In this document: positions 12,417 to 24,930 of the stretch, piece after piece
Layout: each line of letters opens with the position of its first letter
Numbering within the stretch: the first letter of the stretch is position 1
Assembly (NCBI RefSeq): GCF_009914755.1
Contig: NC_060928.1
Reading direction: 5' to 3' (one strand)
Origin: the human T2T-CHM13v2.0 reference genome, Homo sapiens
DNA: 64,000 nucleotides
Made by a program: the position numbers and the translations under genes
The notes under the pieces: generated by a model
The model's input: the letters and a program-made list of their open reading frames with translations, nothing else
Database searches by the model: none
Told to the model about the DNA's origin: nothing

Positions 12417-14028
12417 CTCTTAAAAACAAGTGTCTGTCATTCATCCCCCAATGGCCTTTATCAGTGTCCAAATGTCATCTTTAGAATCTCTGCCGGATTC
12501 GCCAGTTAAGTCTTTCATCTTTCTAATTAAATTTTCTCTTCTTACACATTTAAAAATTAAAGTCCTTCTTTCTCAGTGTATTGTCTTTGTGTTGTGTTCA
12601 TTATAAGTACTACATAATAATTGTGGGGAGTTTTTTATACTATTCTTAGATATAAATAATGAGTTTCAGCTGTTTTCTATGAGACACTCAGGTCACATCA
12701 ATTTTCTTTTTATTAGAGAAATATACCAAATGCCAGAGAACTAATTTACAAACACACTTTTGAAACTGTATTTATTTGTTAACTCAGGATTTTCCCTATT
12801 TCTCTCAATTATTTGGATCATTCAGGAACTAGCCAATTTATTCTAAATAAGTCGCTGAGCTTCTTTGTGTTTCAGTTTCTACATCTCTCAACTCTAATAT
12901 TTTGATCATATATTCATGGCCCTACTGTTTCCCTTGATTATAATGACACATAAAGAAAAGAAAATGAGTTACAGGCTTTTTATAAATAAGTACAAAACAA
13001 CTCTTCTTTAGTTTTAGAGGAATTGGAATCTTGTTTTTTAGAAAATTATAACATTTTCAACCAGTCTACTTTAAAAATTGATTTTGTTTAATAAATATAT
13101 CTATTGCAAATTATGGCAAGTTAAAGAAGAAGAAAAGATGGCAGGAGAATGAATTGCATGAAGCAGAAGAAACGAGAGAGTGGCTGAGGAGTAAAGTAGG
13201 GGCTAGATACAAAGGGAAAGGAGGAACATCATGTCTTCCAGGCAAGATCTGGAAAAAGCACACTCTCTGAAGACAGAGACAGTTGAGTTCAAATCCCTAC
13301 TCTGCCTGCATACCAGGGATGTGACTTGGACAAATTATGTGATTTCTCTGATCCTTGGCTTCCTTATCTAGAGTGGAGGCTAGTTTCAAATAAGTTAATT
13401 TGTGAAACTGCCTAACAAATTGTGAAAAAGGGTTGATTCCATTCCCCCATGGCTCTTTTTTCTTTCAGAAACACTAACCATCATTCTCAGTTCCTGTTCT
13501 GATGATTAAGGACCCACCTTCATATTAAAAGCAAAAATAACCTCCTCTGGACCCACTGCTCCACTGCAGCAGGACCTATTGCCAGCCAGTCTCTCAGAGA
13601 CGGCAGGTCCAACTCTTGGGGGCCAACCTGATGCTTCCTGGTGCCATTCCCCCTTCTTCCCGCCTATTCTGCCTCATCCAGAGTCTACCATCGATGGCCC
13701 CTATCAACATACAACTAGCCTAGACCCCCACCCTCTACCCTTCTCTCCACACGTGGGCCCTCTGATCCCCATCTGCTGGTGCCAACAACTGTAAAACCGT
13801 CACCTGGAATTTAATTCAAGTCACCTATCTGCCCTCAACTCATTCATGTCTTAAAGTCCCAGGGTGAGATTAGAGGTGGGGCTGCCTTCCTCAGTGGGCT
13901 CTGTCAAGTCTTTTTCCACCATCATCTCTACATCCCAGCAGTGATACTGGAATGTAGCTTTATTCTAGTGGCTCCCCATTCTTGCTCTTTAGGTTTAAAG
14001 TGGTTGTAGTGTCTCTGGAGAAAATAGG

Positions 14029-14750
14029 TCTCTCAGTGTGTTCAGGCTGCCATAACAAAATTGCATGAAGTGAGTAGCTTATAAACAACAGAAATGTGTT
14101 TATCACAGTCTGAAGCCTGGAAAGTGCAAGAACAAGGTTCCACAGATTTGGGGTCAGGTGAGGGCTTGCTTCCTCATAGACAGCCATCTTTACTGTAACC
14201 TCACATGGCAGAAGAGACTAGCTAGCTCTCTGGGGTCTCTTTTTTAAAGGCACTCTTAGTCCCTTTTCTGTTGCAATAAAAATACCACACACTGGGTAAT
14301 TTATAAAGAACAGAAGTTTATTTGGCTCACAGTTCTGGAGACTGGGAAGTCCAAGAGCATGGCACCAGCGTCTGGTGAGGGCCTTCATGCTATATCATCC
14401 TGCGGAGGAAGGCAGAAGGTAGAAGGGAAACCAAGCACTTGAGACCAAGAGAAAGGTGACCAAATTCATCCTTTTTATCAGGAACTGACTCCCGAGATAA
14501 CTAACTCACTCCCGTTCATGACCTACTCACCTCTTAAAGGCCCACCTCTCAACACTGTTGCATTGAGGATTAAGTTTCTAACACATGGACTTTGGAGGGC
14601 ATGTTCAAACCATAGCAGGCACTAATCTTAATCATGAAGTGGAGTTCCCATGACCTAATCATCTCCCAAAGGCCCTACCCCTAATGCCATCACCTTAGAG
14701 GTGAAGATTTCAACATATCCATTTGAGAGGGACACATTCAGACATAGCAA
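14029..14750 (-). mobile_element. MLT1A-like LTR with a nested MST-like LTR (14254-14617)
   Basis: Two MaLR 5' ends (aaaccatagca, agacatagca). The inner element is flanked by a 5-bp TSD ggcac at 14249-14253 and 14618-14622. Confidence 0.8.
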
Positions 14751-15057
14751 CAGGTCCAGGTATCTTTCAGAAACTCATCCTGAGCTAACAGTGCTAACTA
14801 TCCCCTTATTGAGATCCATGTGCTCACCAAGAAATTAAAAGCAGAGACTCCTCAGGAGATTTTCAGTTTTAGATGTCTTTCCATTATTTTTATGCAAAAC
14901 ATTTGTATTTATCCAGTAAAATGTAAATCAACTTTCCTAGTAGGACACTGGAATGTAGATCTTGGGTAAATAATTAGAATATCTCATAGGAATCTTTCAT
15001 GCAGAATTTTTAGGTGTGATTGAGATTCTCAACACTATTAGTAAAAGAAGCAGTAAA

Positions 15058-15360
15058 GGCTGGGCACGGTGGCTCACATCTGTAATCCCAGCACTTTAGG
15101 AGGCCGAGGCAGGTGGATCACTTGAGCCCAGCAATTCGAGACCATCCTGGGCAACATGGCAAAACCCCATCCCTACAAAAAAATACAAAAATGAGGGGGG
15201 TGTAGTGGCACACACCTGAAGTCCCAGCTAGCTACTTGGGAGGCTGAGGTAGGAGGATCATTTGAACCCAGGAGGTCAAGGCTACAGTGAGCTGAGTTCA
15301 CGCCACTGCATTCAAGCATGGGAGATAGAGTGAGACCCTGTCTCAAAAAAAAAAAAATAA
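15058..15360 (+). mobile_element. AluJ element
   Basis: Dimer with J-type ttgagccca/gaggtcaaggct features. Confidence 0.92.
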
Positions 15361-15516
15361 AAGAGAAAGAGAGAAGCAGCAGCAATAAAAATACTAAGCA
15401 TGCATATAAAAGGACAAGCATCCTGCATCTCTTGTTTATTGCTGAATCCCCAACACCTAGCACAGTGCACATATTAATACATTAACTCATCCATTCAAAA
15501 CATTTCATGAGCACCA

Positions 15517-15828
15517 GGCCGGGCAGGGTGGCTCACACCTGTAATCCCAGCACTTTGGGAGGCTGAGGCAGGCAGATCATCTGAGGTCAGGAGTTCGAGA
15601 CCAGCCTGGCCAACATGATAAAACCCCGTCTCTACTAAAAATACAAAGATTAGCCAGGTGTGGTGGTGCACGCCTGTAATCCCAGCTACTCGGGGGCTGA
15701 GGCAGGAGAATCACTTGAATCTAGGAGGCGGAGGTTGTAGTGAGCCGAGATTGTGCCACCACTGCACTCCAGCCTGGGAGATAGAGCAAGACTCCATCTC
15801 AAAAACAAAACAAAACAAGACAAAAAAA
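15517..15828 (+). mobile_element. AluS element inserted in an L2 3' end
   Basis: Dimer with (A4C)n tail; TSD tcatgagcac. Confidence 0.93.
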
Positions 15829-16336
15829 CTCATGAGCACTAAGTAACTGCTCATGAAATGTTTTGAATGGATGAGTGAATGTATGTATGAATGCATTGAA
15901 TGCATTATAGTATAGGGGTATTGGTTTTCTTAAACAAAGGTTGCTATTAACTGCAAACTACTTATATTAAGAAGGCTATGAAATGAGATATGAAAAAGAG
16001 TTAAAAGGCAATTTTATAAGGGAGAACTTTGCCAGGGGAATAAATGTATTCTAGACAGCATTCTGAATTCCAAAAAGAACTCATCCATGGTTAGGTTAAG
16101 TTTTATTTTATGATTTTAACTAGTGTATGACCTTGGACAATGATTTGATTTTTCCTTATTTGGAATGTTGGTAAAGATTAAATGTGTTGACTTGTTTAAT
16201 GCGTAAAAATAACAAGAAGATGAGTTTAAATTTCTCACCCCTTTTTTTTCTTCCAGAAGCTCTCACCACTGAATCCCACCTTCATTTTCCATGCTGATGA
16301 TTCAGTCCCCATCCATCCCACTCAAAATCTAAAATT

Positions 16337-16650
16337 AGCCAGGATCAGTGGCTTGTGCCTGTAATCCCAGAAACTCGGGAGGCTGAGGCTAGGAGGGTCA
16401 CTTGAGCCCAAGAAGTCGAGGCCAGCCTGGGCAACATAGGGAGACCCTGTTCATAAAAAATAAAATAAAAATTTTAAAAATCAGGCAGGCGTGGTGGTAG
16501 ATGCCTGTAGCCCTAGCTATCTCGGAGGCTGAGGCAGGAAGATCTCCTGAGCCCAAGCGTTCAAGGCTGCAGTGAGCTGTGATTGCCACTGCACTTCAGC
16601 CTAGGTGACAGAGCAAGATCCCACCTCAAAAAAAAAAAAAAAAAAAAAAA
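16337..16650 (+). mobile_element. AluJ element
   Basis: Diverged dimer with long A-tail. Confidence 0.9.
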
Positions 16651-16678
16651 CTATGGGCTGGGCGCAGTGGCTCATGCC

Positions 16679-16925
16679 CACCCTCAGCACTCCTGTTTCT
16701 CAGGCCTTCAGACTTGAACAGGAATCCACACATCATCAGCTCTCAGGCTCTCAGGGCTCAGGACTCAGAATTTTACCATCAGCTCCCTGGGTCTTCAGCT
16801 CACAGATGGTAGATAGTGGGAATTCTTAGTCTCTATAATCATGAGAGCAATTCCTTATAATATACCTAATTATGTATGTATCTCCATATCCTATTGCTTC
16901 TGTTATTCTGGAGAACCCCGACTTT
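16679..16925 (+). mobile_element. MLT2 (ERVL) LTR 3' half
   Basis: tctcaggccttcagacttg...gcaattccttataat...tcctattgcttctgtt...ctggagaaccccgact is an MLT2 3' end. Confidence 0.7.
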
Positions 16926-16928
16926 AGT

Positions 16929-17743
16929 ATTCTAGAGAAAAACTTTTTTCTACTCATGCAACACTTATGACACCAAATGTATGGAGTTTATCCTCACATT
17001 TAGCAATTCTCCAACTCTCCAGACACAAACTGGATGACCTGCAAGTAAACTATGACACTAACTATCCGGAGTTAATGCATACCCCACAAGACTGCTGCCC
17101 CACCTTCAGATGCCTGTCAAAAGTACCAAGTTGTCACCTGTAGTATAAATTGGGACTTCCCACAAGCTACTCTTCAGGTTTGATAATTCGCTATAATGGC
17201 TCACAAGACTCTGGAAAACATTTACTTACTTTTACTGGTTTATTATAAAGGATGTTGCCAATGATGCAGATGAAAATGTACATAGGGCAAGGCATGGGGG
17301 TGTGGCACAGGGCTTCCAGGCCCTCTCCAGGCATGGCATCCTTGCAGCAACTCCATTTGTTCAGCAACCCAGGAGCTCTTCACAGCCTGTTGTTTATGAT
17401 TGTTATGGAGGCTTCATTATATAGGCATGATTGATTGAATCATGGGCAATTGGTTATTGAACTCAATCTCTAGCCCCTCTCTCCTCCTCATAGGAGGAGT
17501 GAGGGGCTCAAAGTTCCAAACCTTTAATCACATAGTTGGTTCCTATGGCAACCATCCCCCATCCTCTAAGAGCTACCGCCTTAGCATAAACTCAGGTATG
17601 GTTGGAAGGGGCTTATGAATAACAAAAGATGCTCCTCTCACCCCTACCTACCACCCAGAAAATCCCAAAGGTTTTAGGAGGTCTGTGCCAGGAGCCAGGA
17701 ACAAAAACCAAATATACATTTCTTATTCTATCACAATATCACA
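16929..17743 (-). mobile_element. MER21-family solo LTR
   Basis: The minus strand begins TGTGATATTGTGATAGAATAAGAAATGTATATTTGG...CCTGGCACAGACCTCCTAAAACC, matching the recalled MER21 5' end; length ~810 bp. Confidence 0.8.
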
Positions 17744-18075
17744 AATATGCTGATGTAGATATTAGAAGCCACAAACACAAGTATAAAAGAAAGGCCTGAA
17801 CAGATGGGTACGTATGTGTGGGGTTGTGTGAGTGTCCATCCTAGAAGTCGGCCTCACAGGCATCAACGCATGTGATGGGAAGAACTTAGCCTTGAGAGTC
17901 AGGAAGTCTGCATTCTAGTCTCGGAACTGCCAAGAATTTGCACCGTGAGCTTGGATACAACACACTAACCTCTCCTGACCTGTTTTCATATTCGTAGCTG
18001 AGCAGGTTCAACTATGACCCCAAGATTTTTTCAATTCTAAAGTGTCAGAGATTCTGGGATAGCCTAGCATCACCA

Positions 18076-18118
<43 letters not shown>

Positions 18119-18146
<28 letters not shown>

Positions 18147-18428
18147 GAGACAGAGTCTCACTCTGTCACCCAGGCTGGAATGCAGTGGTGCTATCTCAGC
18201 TCACGGCAACCTCTGCCTCCTGGGTTCATGCCATCCTTGTGCCTCAGCCTCCCAAGTAGCTGGAACTACAGGCACCCGCCACCACGCCTGGCTAATTTTT
18301 TTGTATTTTTAGTAGAGACGGGGTTTCACCATGTTAGCCAGGATGGTCTTGATCTCCTGACCTCGTGACCTGCCCACCTCGGCCTCCCAAAGTGCTGGGA
18401 TTGCAGGCGTGAGCCACCGCGCCCAGCC
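18119..18428 (-). mobile_element. AluY-like element with an adjacent (TA)n tract (18079-18118)
   Basis: Y-type positions (gttagccaggatggtc, gggttcatgccat); TSD accattcatatata. Confidence 0.92.
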
Positions 18429-18976
18429 ACCATTCATATATATTTTCTCTGCATTAACATTAACCACAGTGCAAGTTTTTCCCCTTCATGCAAACTTATT
18501 TGAGTGAGGTGAAATGCGGGCTCAGGGAAGAGGGAAACAGAGAGAAGGCATCTTGTCTGAGAAAGGAGATGAAGACTCCGCTTCTAAAGGATGGTGAAGG
18601 GAATTGGGTAATAGTCACTCTCTCGCACCCTGGACACTGCCATTCCCACTTTGATTCCTCCTGTCCTCCATGTTTTCTCACTATCCAACCACATCAGCAA
18701 TAATTACTCCTTGACGTCATCCAAACCAGCAGCCCCTCTTTTTCCACCCAGCCTACCACTCTTTCTCCTGCTTTCAGTTTCTTCTCTATCCAACGTATGG
18801 CTTCAACACTGAATGCTTTAATTTACCATCTTGTCATTGTCCTCACCCTCCTCACTCCAGTCAGCTCTCTTCACACCCCTGCTGACTCATACCCCACCAT
18901 CACCCACCCATAAGTGCCGGCTACTGAGTGCAACCACATCATACCACAGACTGGCTTTATGACAGATTTGAGGTCA

Positions 18977-19426
18977 TGATCAAGAAAACCAGAGCCAGGC
19001 AGAAGTTAAAGTGATGAAAACAAATTTTATTCAGGACTGTTGCAATAGGGAAAGCGGGACCTCAGTGTAGAACTGGGCTCCATTCTGAATGCATCAGTGA
19101 TAAGTGCGGATGTATAGTCAGGGAGCAGGGCATTGGTGGATAGAAAATTGCTATGAGGAGACATCAAGGCTGGGGGAATTCTGGCTGAACCAATCTAACA
19201 GGATTCCTGCTGAAGGCAGGCCGAGGTGATTAGAGACCAACAATGGTGAGGGAAGAGTTTTGATTAGATATCAAGGATGATTAAGTATTGAGGGTGGGGG
19301 ATTCTTACTAAACTGCTTTGGCAGTGTTACTTACTAAAACTGGACTTTACAAAGAAGTGCACACGTGGGCCTAGGAGAACGTTCGAAAGCCTAACTAAAG
19401 TTTGGCCAAGCAAAGAATCTTTGTCA
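18977..19426 (-). mobile_element. MER31-family solo LTR
   Basis: The minus strand begins TGACAAAGATTCTTTGCTTGGCCAAACTTTAG; 4-bp TSD gtca. Confidence 0.82.
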
Positions 19427-19719
19427 GTCATCAGCATTTCTTATCCAGTCTTGATTCAATATGTCCCTGCTCAGCTCTTTCCCCATGCCTCATGACATTA
19501 GTTTTAACCTTTCACTGTTATCCTTCAGATCCCAGCCCTCACCTTTTCCCCCAGCAGGTGGCCTTAACTCTGACTCAACATACTTGCCCTGGTTTTTCAT
19601 CTTACACCTACAAACTCATCTTTGCCCACACTCATTCTTACCTCCTTCTTTCTTGCTCAAAGGGTGAGAGGCCCCTCTTCCTGCCTAAGGTTTAAGGTTT
19701 ATCCTCCAAGGTTATGATT

Positions 19720-19997
<278 letters not shown>

Positions 19998-20738
19998 CAG
20001 GATTATGATCTTGATCTCACACGTATTTAAAACTTTTCTGTCCACTAGCTTCTTCCTTTCCGCCCAAATTAGCAAACCTGTTTAAGCCAGGACCCTTTTA
20101 GCCACAAGTGAAAGAAACCCAAATCAAGCTAGCTTGGGTAAAAAGTGTGTCTAGCAAGATCCTTAACGATAAGCAGCAGAACCCATTCTAACTATTTCAG
20201 CAAAAAAATTATTAAAGGACTATAGGTAGCTCATACAATTTCGGAAAGGATCAGAAAATCTGGCTTGGTGGCCATGTAGGCTGGACAATGCCCAAATCAC
20301 ACTGCCAACCTCTCCAGTGAAGAGGCCACCATGACTGGCACCACTGATGGGGCATCCCCACATTAAGTTCACAGAAATTTTGAAAACCAACAACAGAAAT
20401 AAAGAAAAATTGTGAAGGGAATTGTGATGACCTGCTCAGAGCTCTCTGTCTCATGTTCCTTTCTCATAGGCCAGTGACCAGCTTTCTGCTTGTGGCAAGA
20501 ATACAGCCATAGTTAGCTCAGTCTTTCATTCCACTAGCTCCACAAAAGCCACCTTTCCAAAGCTCAACTTCAAAAAATCAGATTGAAGCAGCAAGGTCAC
20601 AGACCCCAGTGGCAGCCCCCACCCACATGATCTAGTGGAACATCTCCTGGAAAAATTTTTCATCAGCAATCTGGATCTGCTAAAAATCTGTTAACTTGAA
20701 GTATGAAGTAAAATGAAGCATTTCCTGCCTCTGTAAAT

Positions 20739-20974
20739 CAGGGTTTCTCAACCATGGCACTATTGACATATTGACCTGGATAATTCTTTGTTGGGGAATG
20801 GGGGTAGGGTAAGGGTAGCTTTCCTGTCCATTGCAGGATGTTTAGCAGCATCTTCAGCCTCTACTCACTATTCACCATTAGTACCCTCCCTCTCCAGTTG
20901 TGACAAACAACAGTGTCTCCCAACATTGCCCAATGTACTCTGCTAAGCAAAATCACCTGCATCTGAGAACCATG
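20739..20974 (-). mobile_element. MER20 (hAT-Charlie DNA transposon)
   Basis: cagggtttctcaac...ggataattctttgtt...ggatgtttagcagcatc...ccagttgtgaca...tgagaacca follows the MER20 consensus, with terminal inverted repeats. Confidence 0.85.
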
Positions 20975-21628
20975 TCACCCAGCCTGCAGTGGCCTGACCA
21001 TAACAAACCACACTTCCAAACCCGCATCTCCAGCTCAGACCTCTCTCCTGAGCTCTAGGCTGATATATCTACCTGCTTGCTACTCATGTCTCAACCAAGA
21101 TATCCCATAGCTAACTCAAACATGCCCAAATCTAACTCATCATTTTTCCTCCAAGACTAGCTTTTTCCCCGCAGTTCCTGTCCTGGTTAAAGATATCACT
21201 GTTGATCAGTCATCCGTACCAGAATCTTGGCAGTATTCTGGATCCTTCATCTTTCTTCACCTCTCCCTCTCCCATCACCACATCTAAAGAAGTAGATTCT
21301 AACAACACCTTTCTTAGCTTGTATTAGCCTCCTCCTACCCAATTGTAAGTTTCCTGCAAGTTTTCTGCTGGGCTCTTAATTTCTCCTCTCTCTCTAATTT
21401 ACTTTCCAAATTGCTTTAAGATTTACTTTTTTCTAAATGCAAATATGAACATGTCATTCCATACTTCAAAGTAACAGATTTTTAGCAGATCCAGATTGCT
21501 TGTGAAAAATAGTCGAGACTCTTTAGCAAGGTATACAATGACCTTCCTGAACTTTTCCATGTCCCTCTCTCCAAACTTACTTCACCTCTGCTTTCTTGCT
21601 GAGAAACTACATAAAAATCCCTGGTTTT

Positions 21629-22022
<394 letters not shown>

Positions 22023-22729
22023 TCAAAACCTACTGCAACCATCTTCTCTTAATTTTTTTCTTTCTCATAAGGCTCCTCCTTGACCAAGTGTCCCAATATC
22101 TTAACGGCAAGCTGAAAAACCAGGACCACAGCCACCTGATAGTTTGCTCTTGAATTCCTGTCCTACAGAAATTGTGAGATTAAAAAAAAAAAAAAAAAAA
22201 AGTTTACTGTTTTAAACCACCAAATTTGAGATGATTTGTTACAGAACAATAGATGACTAATCCAAAGTTTGCTTACAGGGGTCAACATGACTGATATTCT
22301 AGACCCAAGTTTCAAGTTTAGGGTGCTCAGTGTTCCTAACTCAAGCTTCACTTGGGTTTTGAATAAAACCCATGACCTATTTTTATTTCTGTTTCATTTT
22401 GAAACACAGTAAAAATAATTACAGTAAGGAATGTTTTGAGTGAATTATCTAATCAATATTCGCAAAGTAATATGCAAAGGAAGAGTTCTGAAGAAAATAT
22501 TTTTACTTATTATTTAAAGTCTCAGGATAGGGATTGAAAGAGCATTAAAACATAGTCTCCTTTGACCTTCAGATTTTTATCTTGAGTCTATAGGATGTAA
22601 ACAGAGAATCTAACTCCAATTTTTTAGATAATCTGCTAGGAATGTATTTTTGATTTCAGGAAGAAAACTCTCCACTATGTAAAAATCTTCTAAACTTTTC
22701 TATACAGTTTACTCATTTTAAAAATTTGT

Positions 22730-23110
22730 TTGTAGAAACAACTGAAACGTTCATCGAAGAAGAATAAATACATTGTGGTTTATTTATATAATGGAATGAT
22801 GTCCAGCAGCAAAAAAGAACACAACAGCATGGAATAATCTCAAAAACGTGTTCAGCAAAAGAAGCAGGACAGAAGAAAAACCATTCTGTCTGATTCCATC
22901 TACACGAATTTCAAGAACAGGAAAACTAAGCTATGATAATAGAAATCAGAATTAGCTGTTTTGGGGGGATGGAAGGCTTTGGGGAGTTTTGAGGGTGAGG
23001 TTGACTAAAAGGGGGAGCAACAAAACTTCCTGAGATAATGGAAAGGTTCTATATCTTGATATGGATGATGGTTACATGAGTGTATGTATTTGTCAAATTT
23101 CATCAATTAC
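22730..23110 (+). mobile_element. Old L1M 3' fragment
   Basis: ...tgattccatctacacgaatttcaagaacaggaaaactaagctatgataatagaaatcagaat...gttctatatcttgat...; L1MC/ME-type 3' end. Confidence 0.65.
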
Positions 23111-23220
23111 AGTTTGTTATAATTTATGTTTATTAATTAAATTAAACATTAATTCATGCTTATTAATTAAATTAAACTTATTGATTAAATTATGTTTATT
23201 ATTTATTGTTTATAAACAAT

Positions 23221-23313
23221 AAATTTATGTACGTATAATATAAATAAATTTATGTATGTATAATATAAATAAATTTATGTATGTATAATATAAATAAATT
23301 TATGTATGTATAA
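23221..23313. repeat. 25-bp AT-rich tandem repeat, ~3.7 copies
   Basis: Unit aaatttatgtatgtataatataaat at 23221, 23246, 23271 and 23296 (partial), with one mismatch. Confidence 0.92.
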
Positions 23314-23699
23314 GTAAAATATATTATTTCAATAAATATTTATTATAAATACTTATGTTTATTTTACCTCATGGAAATTTTACCTTAATCTAAAAAAGAC
23401 AACATGAAAAAATAGTATGTAATACTAAAATCAAATCATGTTTCCCTATTGAAAGGCAAACACTCTTTGAGAAGACATAAACAGGGCATTCAGAACATCA
23501 AATAGAAAGAGCTTCCACCATCACACAAGTGAAACAAAATCAGTATTTCCAAATATTTTTCAGAAACTACCTTTGGGAAGAGTAAACCTCAGCTATTGGA
23601 GCCATGATAAATACCCACTGATTCTGAGCACAAGCCCTGTCCTCTCTCCAGCTGGATTTGGTAGGAAAATCACGATCCAGCTTGCCTCACTCCTGAGCC

Positions 23700-24060
23700 T
23701 TTGCTCTGAACGGAGCGCACTCACAGTGCGGGGTCTGGGCCTCCCGGCTGCGAGGCGGCCGGCAAGGCAGAGCCCAGGAGATGAGTAAGCGGCAGTGGGC
23801 GGGAGTCACAGCGGTCCGCGGGTGACTCAGCGTCCAGGAATCCCAGGGGGCCAGAAAGAAGATTTTGGCAAAGAAAGGAGGCCAGAGGAAAAAAAACCAC
23901 ATTGACAAGGCCTCACAGCTGCCGGAGGGACAGATGTAAGCTGCTGCTGGGACAGAAGGGGAGCGACTGGCAGCCTTAGACAAGACTGGGGAAGGCCAGG
24001 GGCCTCTGCATGACAATACAGGGCAGCAACTGGGAACGAAGGAATCGCTATCTGGCCCGA
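23700..24060. promoter_or_regulatory. Candidate distal enhancer (CpG-enriched, non-repeat)
   Basis: Local CpG cluster. Motifs: GTGACTCAGC (23822-23831), ATGAGTAAGC (23781-23790), GGGCGG, and AACCACA (23895-23901). Confidence 0.55.
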
Positions 24061-24589
24061 TGTGGGGAGAACAGAAAAAGTGAAAACGGTGGGGCCACTG
24101 AGGCAGAAGGCATCATGTGGGGAGGAAATCATTTTGTAAAGAATTTGAGCATCTACCAATGAAATACAGACACCAGATTCCTCACCTGGTCTCTAGGATC
24201 GCTCTTGCCCTGCAGCTGAACAATCTTTATGATTCACCTTCTTCTCAGGATGAAGTCCATCATCAGGATCATGGTTTATGACTCCTTTATCATTTCTCCT
24301 ACATCACAGAGAGAGTCCCTTCAGAGATACTGAGTTTGTTTGGAAATGTGCAGGGGATTTGCAAATCTGGGATATGCGAGCTGTGGGGCCCAAAAGTACA
24401 TCCAAAGACAATGAGGGAAAGCTTATAAAACCAAAAGAGAAAAGTAGACGTAATTTGTTTTGAGGCAAAGAGAACACTGCTTACAGGGGCTTATGGCAGG
24501 AGTTGATTCCAGTTCATTAGTGGAGACAGTGTCCAGCAAGTGTTCTTGTGCATCTGGCTAGCTAGTTTGAGAAGTCCTTGGAAAATAAA

Positions 24590-24930
24590 ACAGAATGAGA
24601 TCATGTCCTTTTCAGGAACACGGATGGAAATGGAGGCCATTATCCTTAGCAAACTAATGCAGGAACAGAAAACCAAATACTGCATGTTCTCGCTTATAAG
24701 TTTGGGAGCTAAATGATGAGAACTCAGACACAAAGAAGGGAACAGACACTGGAGCCTACTTGAGGATAAAGGACGGGAAGAGGAAGAGGATCAGAAAAAA
24801 TAACTATTGGGTATTAGGCTTACTACCTGGGTGACGAGATAATCTGTATAACAAACCGCCATGAATGAGTTTACCTATATAACAGATCTTCACATGCACT
24901 CCTGAACTTAAAAAAAAAAGTTAAAAAAAA
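24590..24930 (+). mobile_element. 5'-truncated older L1PA 3' end inserted in an ERV1-class LTR (LTR ~24420-25093, minus strand)
   Basis: L1 3'UTR with A-tail and TSD-like aagtcctt. The host LTR ends gactccattttgattctgacgactttaaca and is related to the 11893-12416 LTR. Confidence 0.8.

Noticed and set aside
23221-23313. Direct repeats as a CRISPR-like array
   Set aside because: The units are head-to-tail with no unique spacers, and the context is eukaryotic.
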